Positions 1-7,891 of a stretch of 64,000 nucleotides of DNA are shown one piece after another. Source of the DNA: Escherichia phage EJP2; sequence record OQ411014.1; one strand, given 5' to 3'. Made by a program: the position numbers and the translations under genes. The first letter of the stretch is position 1. Each line of letters starts with the position of its first letter. Under the pieces are notes generated by a model. That model saw only the letters and a list, made by a program, of their open reading frames with translations. It searched no databases and was not told the DNA's origin.

Positions 1-1
1 C

Positions 2-538
2 TGCTTAGATGAGAATCAAACTCATCTTATTGAACTGGCAGAAGATGGTATCATTCTTGAAAAAGTACCTGATATTTTTTCTTATGATGAAGAGTACAGC
101 TTGAGTCTACTTGAAAAGATTCACCCTGATGCATCTAAAGAGTACGACCGCCGAGCGAAGATGGCACGTATCAACCATGAAGCAGACTCGGTTGTGTATA
201 CAACTCTAATGCAGATGCGGGAAGGGAGAGTTGAAGTTGCAGGTAAAGACAAGTACAATATGGTTTTCTCGAATGGATTATCAGTCTGGACTGAAAACCG
301 ATATTTTGCTTTCGGACACTTGACCAAGAACGACGACAATCCTCGGTTCAATACTGTTAGATTCAACTGGGAATATGAGCGTTACTCTAAATTCACATTC
401 ATGTGGCTGGTGGATGTTTATCTTGAACATTATGAGAATGAAGTATGGCGTGGTCGCCGTGCCATGTACTCACATGATGATATTCAAGATCAAGAACAAT
501 CTGAAAAACTAAGATTCAAGAATGCAATCACATGGTAA
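2..538 (+). CDS. hypothetical protein, 5' end probably outside window
   Basis: ORF-track start at 101 is a TTG; the frame stays open back to the window edge with no stop. No recognisable motifs. Confidence 0.45.
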   Translation, partial: CLDENQTHLIELAEDGIILEKVPDIFSYDEEYSLSLLEKIHPDASKEYDRRAKMARINHEADSVVYTTLMQMREGRVEVAGKDKYNMVFSNGLSVWTENRYFAFGHLTKNDDNPRFNTVRFNWEYERYSKFTFMWLVDVYLEHYENEVWRGRRAMYSHDDIQDQEQSEKLRFKNAITW

Positions 539-598
539 AAGAATATTATGATGCATGGATAACAGAGATTATGATATTCATGAATATTATAGACTCTG

Positions 599-784
599 GT
601 GTATTACAGTATGGTAATCCAAAAGCAACTCTTGAACTCTTACAGTACTGTCAAGAGGTTTGGTATCGCTGAGTTAGATGAAGAATATCATTACTTTCAA
701 GGTGAATTACTAAAATACTTCAATGATTACAATAACTCTAGGTACGTTCCTAGATTATTTTTCTTTCATTCTGAGGATATGTAA
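599..784 (+). CDS. hypothetical small protein
   Basis: 61-aa ORF with GTG start (alternative ATG at 611). Its stop overlaps the next start (TAATG). Confidence 0.3.
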   Translation: MYYSMVIQKQLLNSYSTVKRFGIAELDEEYHYFQGELLKYFNDYNNSRYVPRLFFFHSEDM

Positions 785-1233
785 TGACGTTAGAAGAATT
801 ACTAAGTACTCATAAGTACTACATTGATGATGATAATAAAAATATTTCGGCTATCATTTCTATGTTGAATACAAAGTACAACCTACATGGTAAGTCCCCT
901 AAAGCTGACGAAATTTTGGAATCACCGAAGAAATTTTTGATGTACAATCCAAAAACAAAGTGCATTCGACTTGTTGACAAAAGTTACTTAGCACCAGAAA
1001 CAACATTTACGGATATCGTCCGTGTGTACACTGGATTGCCATTCACTATCAATCATTTATTCGTTGAGGTGTACAGTACTGGAAGTCCTAATTACTGGAA
1101 TTATGCAGTACATAAAGGTGATGTAACACGTTACTTCAAACTGACCAAACTCAATGCTTGGCTTGAAGAAGAATACGTTGATACATCTGAAATGATCAAA
1201 ATTGAAGATTCGTACATACAAAATGTGAGATAA
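784..1233 (+). CDS. hypothetical protein
   Basis: 149-aa ORF, start overlaps upstream stop. No recognisable motifs. Confidence 0.55.
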   Translation: MTLEELLSTHKYYIDDDNKNISAIISMLNTKYNLHGKSPKADEILESPKKFLMYNPKTKCIRLVDKSYLAPETTFTDIVRVYTGLPFTINHLFVEVYSTGSPNYWNYAVHKGDVTRYFKLTKLNAWLEEEYVDTSEMIKIEDSYIQNVR

Positions 1234-1254
1234 CGTCACAAAATGTGATATAAT
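1225..1254 (+). promoter_or_regulatory. early sigma70-type promoter (GTGAGA -35, TGn extended -10 TATAAT)
   Basis: -35 1225-1230, TG 1246-1247, TATAAT 1249-1254. Member of the TTGAGA-N18-TATAAT family. Confidence 0.45.
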
Positions 1255-1282
1255 GGAATAACACACTAAAGAAGGAAACTAT

Positions 1283-1426
1283 ATGAAACTACTCCGTAAT
1301 AGCTTATTTGCGTTTTACATGGATTATCAAATCTCGCTAAAACTAAATCCAGTACTGACAGTACTAGGAACAGCCACTGTTGCAGCTTTCACTGCATGGT
1401 TAGTTACACTGTTTTGTGCTCTATAA
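1283..1426 (+). CDS. putative small membrane protein (47 aa)
   Basis: ATG at 1283 follows an AAGAAGGAAAC RBS and the early-promoter motif at 1225-1254. C-terminal hydrophobic stretch VLTVLGTATVAAFTAWLVTLFCAL. Absent from the ORF track because it is under 60 aa. Confidence 0.4.
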   Translation: MKLLRNSLFAFYMDYQISLKLNPVLTVLGTATVAAFTAWLVTLFCAL

Positions 1427-1441
1427 TCTTAGGATAACAAA

Positions 1442-2071
1442 ATGACAACTCACGTTAGGTATTATATTGCATATAATGGAAGACCAGTTCGTTCTATTGG
1501 ATTAGATCTTGAGCCAGTAATGTCTGTACAGACTAATCTATACTTCAGTACTGAAGAAGAAGCAGACTCTTTCATTATGACTAGGATTGCAACTGCGTCC
1601 ACTACACTTTATCATATTCATTTTGATTGTATTGATAAGTACTCAATCGTCAAAGAAATTGTTCAGTTGGAACCGTGCAGTACTAAAACTAATTATATGC
1701 GAAACTATACTCTAACTTGGTTGCGATTACTCGACCAGGATATCTGTACTGATTCTATGATTTCCACTACTATACGTGCGTTCGTCATGCGTGGGTTTAG
1801 TACATCAGGATTGGATTTAGAAGAAGTGAAAAACTTGATTTTGGGTAATCCAAAACTTCAAAAAACCATTGACAAACTTATTCCAAAGCATATAATCTCT
1901 AATATTGAAAATTACATGCAAGATGGTTTAGTCAATGCTCCGGTGGAAGAGCTTGAATTCTTGAATCTAACAATTTCAGATGAAATGAAATTTGATCTTG
2001 ACTTCGAAGAACTCTTCCCTTACAATAAGTTCAAACCAACAAAATGGGAAAATCATGGAACTAGTAACTGA
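1442..2071 (+). CDS. hypothetical protein
   Basis: 209-aa ORF. No recognisable motifs. Confidence 0.6.
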   Translation: MTTHVRYYIAYNGRPVRSIGLDLEPVMSVQTNLYFSTEEEADSFIMTRIATASTTLYHIHFDCIDKYSIVKEIVQLEPCSTKTNYMRNYTLTWLRLLDQDICTDSMISTTIRAFVMRGFSTSGLDLEEVKNLILGNPKLQKTIDKLIPKHIISNIENYMQDGLVNAPVEELEFLNLTISDEMKFDLDFEELFPYNKFKPTKWENHGTSN

Positions 2072-3308
2072 AGGTCGCAAACTCGTAACAATTCGTAAAA
2101 TCAATGCAATTGATGCAATTGAAGGTGCAGATCTGATTGTCAAAGCAACTGTTGACGGTTGGGATGTAGTTGTGAAGAAAGATGAATTCAACGTTGGGGA
2201 TTACTGTGTATTCTTCGAAATCGATTCATTCCTTCCAGTACAGACACCACAATTCGCATTCTTGGCGGGTTCAGGCTGTAAACTCGATGAACAGAATGTA
2301 GAACGTTTCCGTCTACGTACTCGTAAACTTCGCGGGGTAGTCTCTCAAGGCTTGGCTCTACCAGTATCTCTATTTGAGGCAGTACTGGAAGCTATTGACG
2401 AAGCTGGTGGTCATCACCCTGACTCGTACACTACAACGGCACGTGAAGAACTCCTAGTGAGTCTAGAGGCGAATCGTGAAGGCATTGAGCAATTCCTCAA
2501 TGTAACCAAATACGAGCGTCCTGATGAGCGTAATGGCGGTACTGGTGCATCTAAGTGCAAAGCTGCTGGTAACTTCCCTATCGTCATTCCTAAGACTGAT
2601 GAAGACCGTATTCAGAACGTAATGGGTAAGTACTCTCAGACTATGAAAGGTGTTGCATTCCGTAAATCACTGAAACTGGATGGTTCTAGCCAGACAATTG
2701 CATTCATTAGCAATCCTGATTTCTTTGTAGATAAAGTTGATGAAGAAGTCCGTGCATGGAATGAAGAGACTCAAGAACTTGAAGTTGTTGAAGTGAAGCC
2801 ATACCCGTTCCAATGGGAAGATGGTCAGGTAGCAGTATGTTCTCGCAATCTTGCGTTGAAATTTGATGCTGAATCTCACTTCTGGAAAGCAGCACTGAAA
2901 GATGATATTCCAGCACGTCTGAAAGAGTACTGTGTTCGTAATGACCGCCAACTAGCACTACAAGGCGAAGTAATGGGTCCTGGTATCCAAGGGAACCGTG
3001 AAGAACTGACCGAACATCAATTCTACGTATTCCGTATTTGGGATATTGATAATAAATGTTTCCTTGATGATGGTGATTTCTTGACACTATCTGCACTACT
3101 GGGATTGACTACAGTACCGCAAGGTGATATCGTGTACTTCTTCGATGAATACACTTCTATCAAAGAAGCATTGGCATCTGCTGACCACGCATCTATCAAG
3201 CATAAGATCGCGGAAGGCGATGTGTTCAAAAGTGTATCTAAAGTGAATGGTGTTACTGTACACTTCAAGGTAATCAACAACAAATTCTTGCTCAAATGTG
3301 AGGACTAA
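2055..3308 (+). CDS. putative ATP-dependent RNA ligase (N-terminal OB-like domain plus nucleotidyltransferase domain)
   Basis: Covalent nucleotidyltransferase motif I KxDG (SLKLDGSS) and a motif-IV-like QGEVMG. N-terminal GADLIVKATVDGWDVVV...VGDYCVFFEIDSFLP resembles a tRNA-binding OB fold. Start moved from 1992 to ATG 2055, which has an RBS. Confidence 0.5.
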   Translation: MELVTEGRKLVTIRKINAIDAIEGADLIVKATVDGWDVVVKKDEFNVGDYCVFFEIDSFLPVQTPQFAFLAGSGCKLDEQNVERFRLRTRKLRGVVSQGLALPVSLFEAVLEAIDEAGGHHPDSYTTTAREELLVSLEANREGIEQFLNVTKYERPDERNGGTGASKCKAAGNFPIVIPKTDEDRIQNVMGKYSQTMKGVAFRKSLKLDGSSQTIAFISNPDFFVDKVDEEVRAWNEETQELEVVEVKPYPFQWEDGQVAVCSRNLALKFDAESHFWKAALKDDIPARLKEYCVRNDRQLALQGEVMGPGIQGNREELTEHQFYVFRIWDIDNKCFLDDGDFLTLSALLGLTTVPQGDIVYFFDEYTSIKEALASADHASIKHKIAEGDVFKSVSKVNGVTVHFKVINNKFLLKCED

Positions 3309-3916
3309 TGAAGAAAAAATTCGGCGTGGCGATAAATGACGCCGACTATGCTGTAACATCATATGACGATGCTGGTAAACGCCAGCATTGTCCCTTTTAT
3401 CGAAGATGGGCGAGTATGATAAATCGATGTTATGGTGATGTTGGTGCAACATACACTGAATCCTATGTATGTGATGAATGGTTAACCTTCTCTAACTTTA
3501 AGAGATGGATGGAAACACAAAAATGGGAAGGTATGGAGTTGGACAAAGATTTACTTTATATCAACAATAAGGAATATGGCCCAAATACATGTTTATTTTT
3601 ACCAAAGGTTATTAATTCACTATTCGTTGATAGTAAATCGAGCCGTGGTACTAATCCGATTGGTGTATCTTTTGAAAAACGTCGATTGAAATATGAAGCA
3701 TATATATCAATTGATAATAAGAAAAAACATCTTGGATATTTTGATAACCCAATTGATGCACATGTAAAATGGCAACATGCAAAATTGAAAGTATTGGAAG
3801 ATTTCATGAAAACGTTATCTGACCCTATACATATACAAATTGTAGATTTGCGAATCAACAAGCTAAAGAATGATATACAATCAAATATCATAACCGAATC
3901 TTTACATCATTTCTAA
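3308..3916 (+). CDS. AP2-domain protein, homing-endonuclease-like
   Basis: N-terminal YRRWASMINRCY...YVCDEWLTFSNFKRWM motif typical of phage free-standing endonuclease-like genes. C-terminal GVSFEKRRLKYEAYISIDNKKKHLGYFDNPIDAHVKW fits an AP2 DNA-binding domain. TAATG overlap with the upstream gene. Confidence 0.45.
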   Translation: MKKKFGVAINDADYAVTSYDDAGKRQHCPFYRRWASMINRCYGDVGATYTESYVCDEWLTFSNFKRWMETQKWEGMELDKDLLYINNKEYGPNTCLFLPKVINSLFVDSKSSRGTNPIGVSFEKRRLKYEAYISIDNKKKHLGYFDNPIDAHVKWQHAKLKVLEDFMKTLSDPIHIQIVDLRINKLKNDIQSNIITESLHHF

Positions 3917-3928
3917 AAAGGAAATAAT

Positions 3929-4123
3929 ATGATCAAAAAACGTCTAACTGTATATTGCAGTGGTGCACCTAATTTCTTTATCTATGGTGTAACAAAAGAT
4001 AATGAAACGTACAGCCTTATTGATAACCAGTACTGGATTCGTGCATCAAATGATTTGACACCTGCTGAAATTTCAGTAATGACTGTAGTTGAATCTGACT
4101 GTATGTATAACGTTCAAGAGTAA
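3929..4123 (+). CDS. hypothetical protein
   Basis: 64-aa ORF with AGGAAATAA-type RBS. Confidence 0.4.
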   Translation: MIKKRLTVYCSGAPNFFIYGVTKDNETYSLIDNQYWIRASNDLTPAEISVMTVVESDCMYNVQE

Positions 4124-4143
4124 ATAAAGTTGTATTGTTAGTA

Positions 4144-4172
4144 TTGACAATCAAACAGTTTCGAGATAGACT
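4144..4172 (+). promoter_or_regulatory. sigma70-type promoter
   Basis: TTGACA 4144-4149, 17-bp spacer, TAGACT 4167-4172. Upstream of the LysM-lysozyme gene. Confidence 0.4.
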
Positions 4173-4279
4173 AGTGTTTCACTAGAGCTATGTAGAAAGT
4201 CCAAAAGAGGCTTTGTGCAAACGGAGCCTAATAACTCCTGTTGCTGAAGCTACACAATAATTAGCAAATAGGAGGAATT

Positions 4280-5200
4280 GTGCATAAAGCGATACAAGAA
4301 CTCAAAACTCGTACTAAGGTTGTTCTATTAGTAAGTTTTCTGTTGCTTGCCGCTGCTATTGGATTATATGGTTTATATCAAAATGATCGTACTACATCAT
4401 CGGGTTCAGAAGAATCAGTAGTACAAAATCAAATTCAAAAGCAACCAGTTACAACGTTACCAATGCAAAAGGCAACAGTACTGGAAAGCAGGAAGCAATA
4501 CGTAGTGCAAGCAGGTGATAGTTATTGGATCATCACTAATAAGATGAAACCTAATAACGTTGAACCACTTGAGTATATGGCAGTACTGAAGAAAGTGAAT
4601 AACAATGTTCAGTTACACACTGCTGTACCAATCTACGTGCCGAATGACAATGATTTGATGCATGTTACATTACCAGATGTGGTTGTCAAATTTGACGTAT
4701 ACGACGATATTGTCGTAAACCACATCAAGGAAGCAGAAGGTTCGAAGGAAGCACAGTCTAATAACAAGAGACGTCTTCTGGGTGGTAAAGTAGGTCCGTC
4801 ATTTAGTAAAAATCGTTTCTATCCTTACAAGGACACGAAAGGAAATTATACTATTGGGTACGGTCATTATATTGGTCCCAAAGAGTCCGAAGCGAGAAAG
4901 TATCGTTTTGGGTTGACCGAACGTGAAGCACACAAACTGTTGATTCAGGATATGAAAAAGACTCGTGAAGATTTCATATTGTTGCTGAAGCGTAAAAATG
5001 CAGTGAATCTAAGTGTTGAACAGCAACGTGTTTTATACGAAATGGCATTCAACATGGGCGTTGACAAACTGAGTACATTTGGTAAACTATGGAAAAGTGT
5101 AGAACGTCAAAATGAAAAGAAGTTCAAAAAAGAAATTGAGAACTCATTGTGGTACAGACAAGTAGGCAACCGTGCTGAAATGTTACTGAGTTCTCTATAA
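4280..5200 (+). CDS. membrane-anchored LysM plus T4-lysozyme-like (GH24) muramidase
   Basis: GTG start with AGGAGG RBS. N-terminal TM helix VVLLVSFLLLAAAIGLYGLY, LysM-like YVVQAGDSYWII, and C-terminal YKDTKGNYTIGYGH...SLWYRQVGNRAEML matching the T4 lysozyme core. Confidence 0.7.
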   Translation: MHKAIQELKTRTKVVLLVSFLLLAAAIGLYGLYQNDRTTSSGSEESVVQNQIQKQPVTTLPMQKATVLESRKQYVVQAGDSYWIITNKMKPNNVEPLEYMAVLKKVNNNVQLHTAVPIYVPNDNDLMHVTLPDVVVKFDVYDDIVVNHIKEAEGSKEAQSNNKRRLLGGKVGPSFSKNRFYPYKDTKGNYTIGYGHYIGPKESEARKYRFGLTEREAHKLLIQDMKKTREDFILLLKRKNAVNLSVEQQRVLYEMAFNMGVDKLSTFGKLWKSVERQNEKKFKKEIENSLWYRQVGNRAEMLLSSL

Positions 5201-5216
5201 CAGAGAGGTGTTATAT

Positions 5217-5549
5217 ATGCTAAATGTAAACGTTCAAGGTAATGTAGAAATCACTGACGCAATTCATGAACATATTCTGGCTGAAGCGGATCATCTAGAA
5301 AAGTACAGTACTGATAAAGTACTGGAACTTGATGTTCACGTGAAAAAAGAACACAAAACTCAATACACTGTAACAATCGTTGGTAACGGCAAATCCAGTA
5401 CTGCCAACGCTGCTGATTTATACAAAGCAATCACTGACTCCTTTGGTAAAATGGATAAAGTGCTTGGTAAAGATAAGAGTGTAAAAATCAGTCGCCGTAA
5501 CAATCCTGTTCATCCTGTTGAAATTGACTTGACAGAAGACGAAGAGTAA
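5217..5549 (+). CDS. hpf: ribosome hibernation promoting factor / RaiA (YfiA) homolog
   Basis: NVEITDAIHEHILAEADHLEKY...DLYKAITDSFGKMDKVLGKDK aligns along its length with the bacterial HPF/YfiA family. ATG at 5217 with AGAGAGGTG RBS. Confidence 0.75.
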   Translation: MLNVNVQGNVEITDAIHEHILAEADHLEKYSTDKVLELDVHVKKEHKTQYTVTIVGNGKSSTANAADLYKAITDSFGKMDKVLGKDKSVKISRRNNPVHPVEIDLTEDEE

Positions 5550-5561
5550 TACATAATACAA

Positions 5562-5586
5562 GGAAGCCATATGGCTTCCTTTTTTA
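5562..5586 (+). terminator. rho-independent terminator
   Basis: Hairpin GGAAGCCATATGGCTTCC followed by a T-run. Confidence 0.6.
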
Positions 5587-5590
5587 ATAT

Positions 5591-6139
5591 ATGGAGAACA
5601 CAATGAGTGAATTTACAAAGGTAATCAATAAGGTTCGTAGTTTCACTGCTGAAGATTGGCACAGAACCAAACATGGCTCGTGGGAATCTTTTGACAAATA
5701 TAGTTTTCGTTCAGCAGATTATGAAATTATGTCCGAAGATATGGAAGATTTTGTTCTAGGTGATAGTACTCCATATCGTGAAGTACTCCCACTAATCGGT
5801 CATGTTGTTTGGCACGCTGAAGAGATGTCATATAGTAAAGATCTGCACTCAATTCAAATTATTGTTGGGTCTTCTAAAAGGAAAGGTGATATCACACTAT
5901 ATGTGCGTAAAGATTTGGTGTATCTGGTAAATGACACATTACGATACACGGAAAATCCCGAAGACTGCCCTACAGAATCGCAGTACTTCCAAATCTTACT
6001 TGAACAACCTGAATTTCCTGACATGTCCTACGATGAGTTCAAATCTTTGTTCACACTGTATGATCATTTGAACGAGGTAATCACAAAAGGTAAAACAATG
6101 ACATTTGCTGGGAGTAGATATCATGATTACAATGCTTGA
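5591..6139 (+). CDS. hypothetical protein
   Basis: 182-aa ORF (alternative start at 5603). Follows the terminator at 5562-5586. Confidence 0.55.
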   Translation: MENTMSEFTKVINKVRSFTAEDWHRTKHGSWESFDKYSFRSADYEIMSEDMEDFVLGDSTPYREVLPLIGHVVWHAEEMSYSKDLHSIQIIVGSSKRKGDITLYVRKDLVYLVNDTLRYTENPEDCPTESQYFQILLEQPEFPDMSYDEFKSLFTLYDHLNEVITKGKTMTFAGSRYHDYNA

Positions 6140-6242
6140 AGAAGACTGGGGCGTAGGTGGGGATTACAATCCATTTGAACCTGAAGAAAAAGAAGAGTCC
6201 CCATCGTGGTGGGATTGGGTTCGTGGATTATTCGGGCGATAA

Positions 6243-6657
6243 TATGAAAATAGAACCTGAACGCATTGCTAAACTAAAACAACTCATGGAACATACGTTA
6301 GAACTTCCACGAGAAAATCTAACATCATTCACAACCAAACCTTGGTGTACAGGTTGGTGGGTTAGTGATTATGTTTATGCTGATTATGACCACAACGAGC
6401 TAATGATTTGTGTACTGAAAAGTGACGTGGTGTGGGGACAGACTGGTAAGTTATACATAAGTTCAAATCACGTTCAATTGATAAAAACTGCACCACCGTT
6501 TACACTTAGCGTTCCGAGAATCAGTACTGAAGAAGAGTATTTTCAACAGTCAACACTTCATGATTTGACAAATTTGGACTTGGATTTCTTTTTGACTTGT
6601 AATAAACTCTATTCACTATGTTGCAGTTTACACACGATTGGGGATACAGATGTATAG
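6243..6657 (+). CDS. paralog-family protein 1 (conserved STEEE-YFQ-LHDL-LDLDFF C-terminus)
   Basis: First of four tandem paralogs. C-terminal ISTEEEYFQQSTLHDLTNLDLDFFL. Start set at ATG 6243 by alignment with paralog N-termini. Confidence 0.55.
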
Positions 6658-7042
6658 TCGTATGCTAAAAGAACTGAATGAACTTCTGGTGAATGTATTG
6701 GGATGGCCTGCTGATAATTACAGATACATCAGAGAACGTGATTTAGGAACCATCAGAGATTGCTGGGTGAATAAATTCACATTCGCAGAAGATAATTGTG
6801 GTGATGTTTCGGTATCTTTGTCTAAATGTTCGGATATTGATTTTTGTTACATCAAGATATTGGAAGATGCAGTGGAGTTCCGAAAAGGATTGTCTACGAT
6901 TTGGAGTTACCCACGATTGAGTACTGAAGAAGAGTTTTTTCAATTATCAGTACTGCATGATACATCTGGCTTGGATTTGGACTTCTTTTTGAATTGCACT
7001 AAACTATACAACCTGGGCAAAATTGCACTAATAGAGGGATAA
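6650..7042 (+). CDS. paralog-family protein 2
   Basis: C-terminal LSTEEEFFQLSVLHDTSGLDLDFFL. ATG at 6650 with GGGGA RBS. Overlaps the upstream stop. Confidence 0.55.
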   Translation: MYSRMLKELNELLVNVLGWPADNYRYIRERDLGTIRDCWVNKFTFAEDNCGDVSVSLSKCSDIDFCYIKILEDAVEFRKGLSTIWSYPRLSTEEEFFQLSVLHDTSGLDLDFFLNCTKLYNLGKIALIEG

Positions 7043-7043
7043 C

Positions 7044-7454
7044 ATGGCTATGAATCCAAATAAAGTAGTACAGCTAAGAGATTTACTACCGTACATTTTA
7101 GAACTTCCTGAGAAAGCACATAAACGATTGTCCTTCCGATATGAAGTTGGTGGTGGGTGGATCAATGACTTTGTGAATGTATTTTTCATCAATGACAAGC
7201 TCACAGTTTCCGTGACTGCTGATGTGGAGTTTAAAACTGGTTACTTCACTATAAGCGAAAATACAGTTGAATATTACACTTCCAATAAAGGTGGTGCGAA
7301 ACCGGAAATAACGTACAAACTTGTCAGTACTGAAGAAGAGCATTTCCAGGAGTCACTAATTCATGATTTAACACTTTTAGATCTGGACTTCTTCCTGAAC
7401 TGTGCTAAAATATACGCACTATGTGATGATTTGATCACGATTGATTATTATTGA
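7044..7454 (+). CDS. paralog-family protein 3
   Basis: C-terminal VSTEEEHFQESLIHDLTLLDLDFFL. GAGGGA RBS. Confidence 0.6.
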   Translation: MAMNPNKVVQLRDLLPYILELPEKAHKRLSFRYEVGGGWINDFVNVFFINDKLTVSVTADVEFKTGYFTISENTVEYYTSNKGGAKPEITYKLVSTEEEHFQESLIHDLTLLDLDFFLNCAKIYALCDDLITIDYY

Positions 7455-7462
7455 GGATTATA

Positions 7463-7864
7463 ATGTACAATAGTGTAATGATGCAGCATTTCACTACAAT
7501 GATTGGTGCTGCCATGAATAGTCCTAAACTGAAAACGTTACGCATCATTGATGGTGCGTGCTGGATTACAGAAAATGCTTTTATCTGGATGCATGAGAGT
7601 CGTGATAAATTAACTATCACAATAAAGCCATCATTTAGTTTAGAAGAGATACTACAACATAGTAGTATTGATATCAAACATGATAGTATAGATATTCGTA
7701 ACTCCCATAACCCAAAAGGTATTAATATCCCACGTATTAGTACTGAAGAAGAGTACTTTCAACAAAGTACTATTCATGATTTATCAAATTTCAACCTTGA
7801 TTTTTTCAAACAATGTGCAGTACTGTTCGATAAAACATGGGATCAACTTACATGGTGTAAGTAG
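7463..7864 (+). CDS. paralog-family protein 4
   Basis: C-terminal ISTEEEYFQQSTIHDLSNFNLDFF. ATG at 7463 with GAGGA RBS. Confidence 0.55.
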   Translation: MYNSVMMQHFTTMIGAAMNSPKLKTLRIIDGACWITENAFIWMHESRDKLTITIKPSFSLEEILQHSSIDIKHDSIDIRNSHNPKGINIPRISTEEEYFQQSTIHDLSNFNLDFFKQCAVLFDKTWDQLTWCK

Positions 7865-7891
7865 TATTTTACATTATTATGAGGAACTAAA

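Noticed and set aside
1992-2054. Upstream start at 1992 for the RNA ligase candidate
   Set aside because: It would overlap the preceding gene by 80 nt. ATG 2055 has an RBS and gives a compact overlap.
4124-4279. tRNA or small RNA in longer intergenic regions (also 24131-24448)
   Set aside because: No cloverleaf hallmarks such as a GTTCRANNC T-loop or acceptor-stem complementarity were seen. The regions are better explained as promoters plus leader hairpins.
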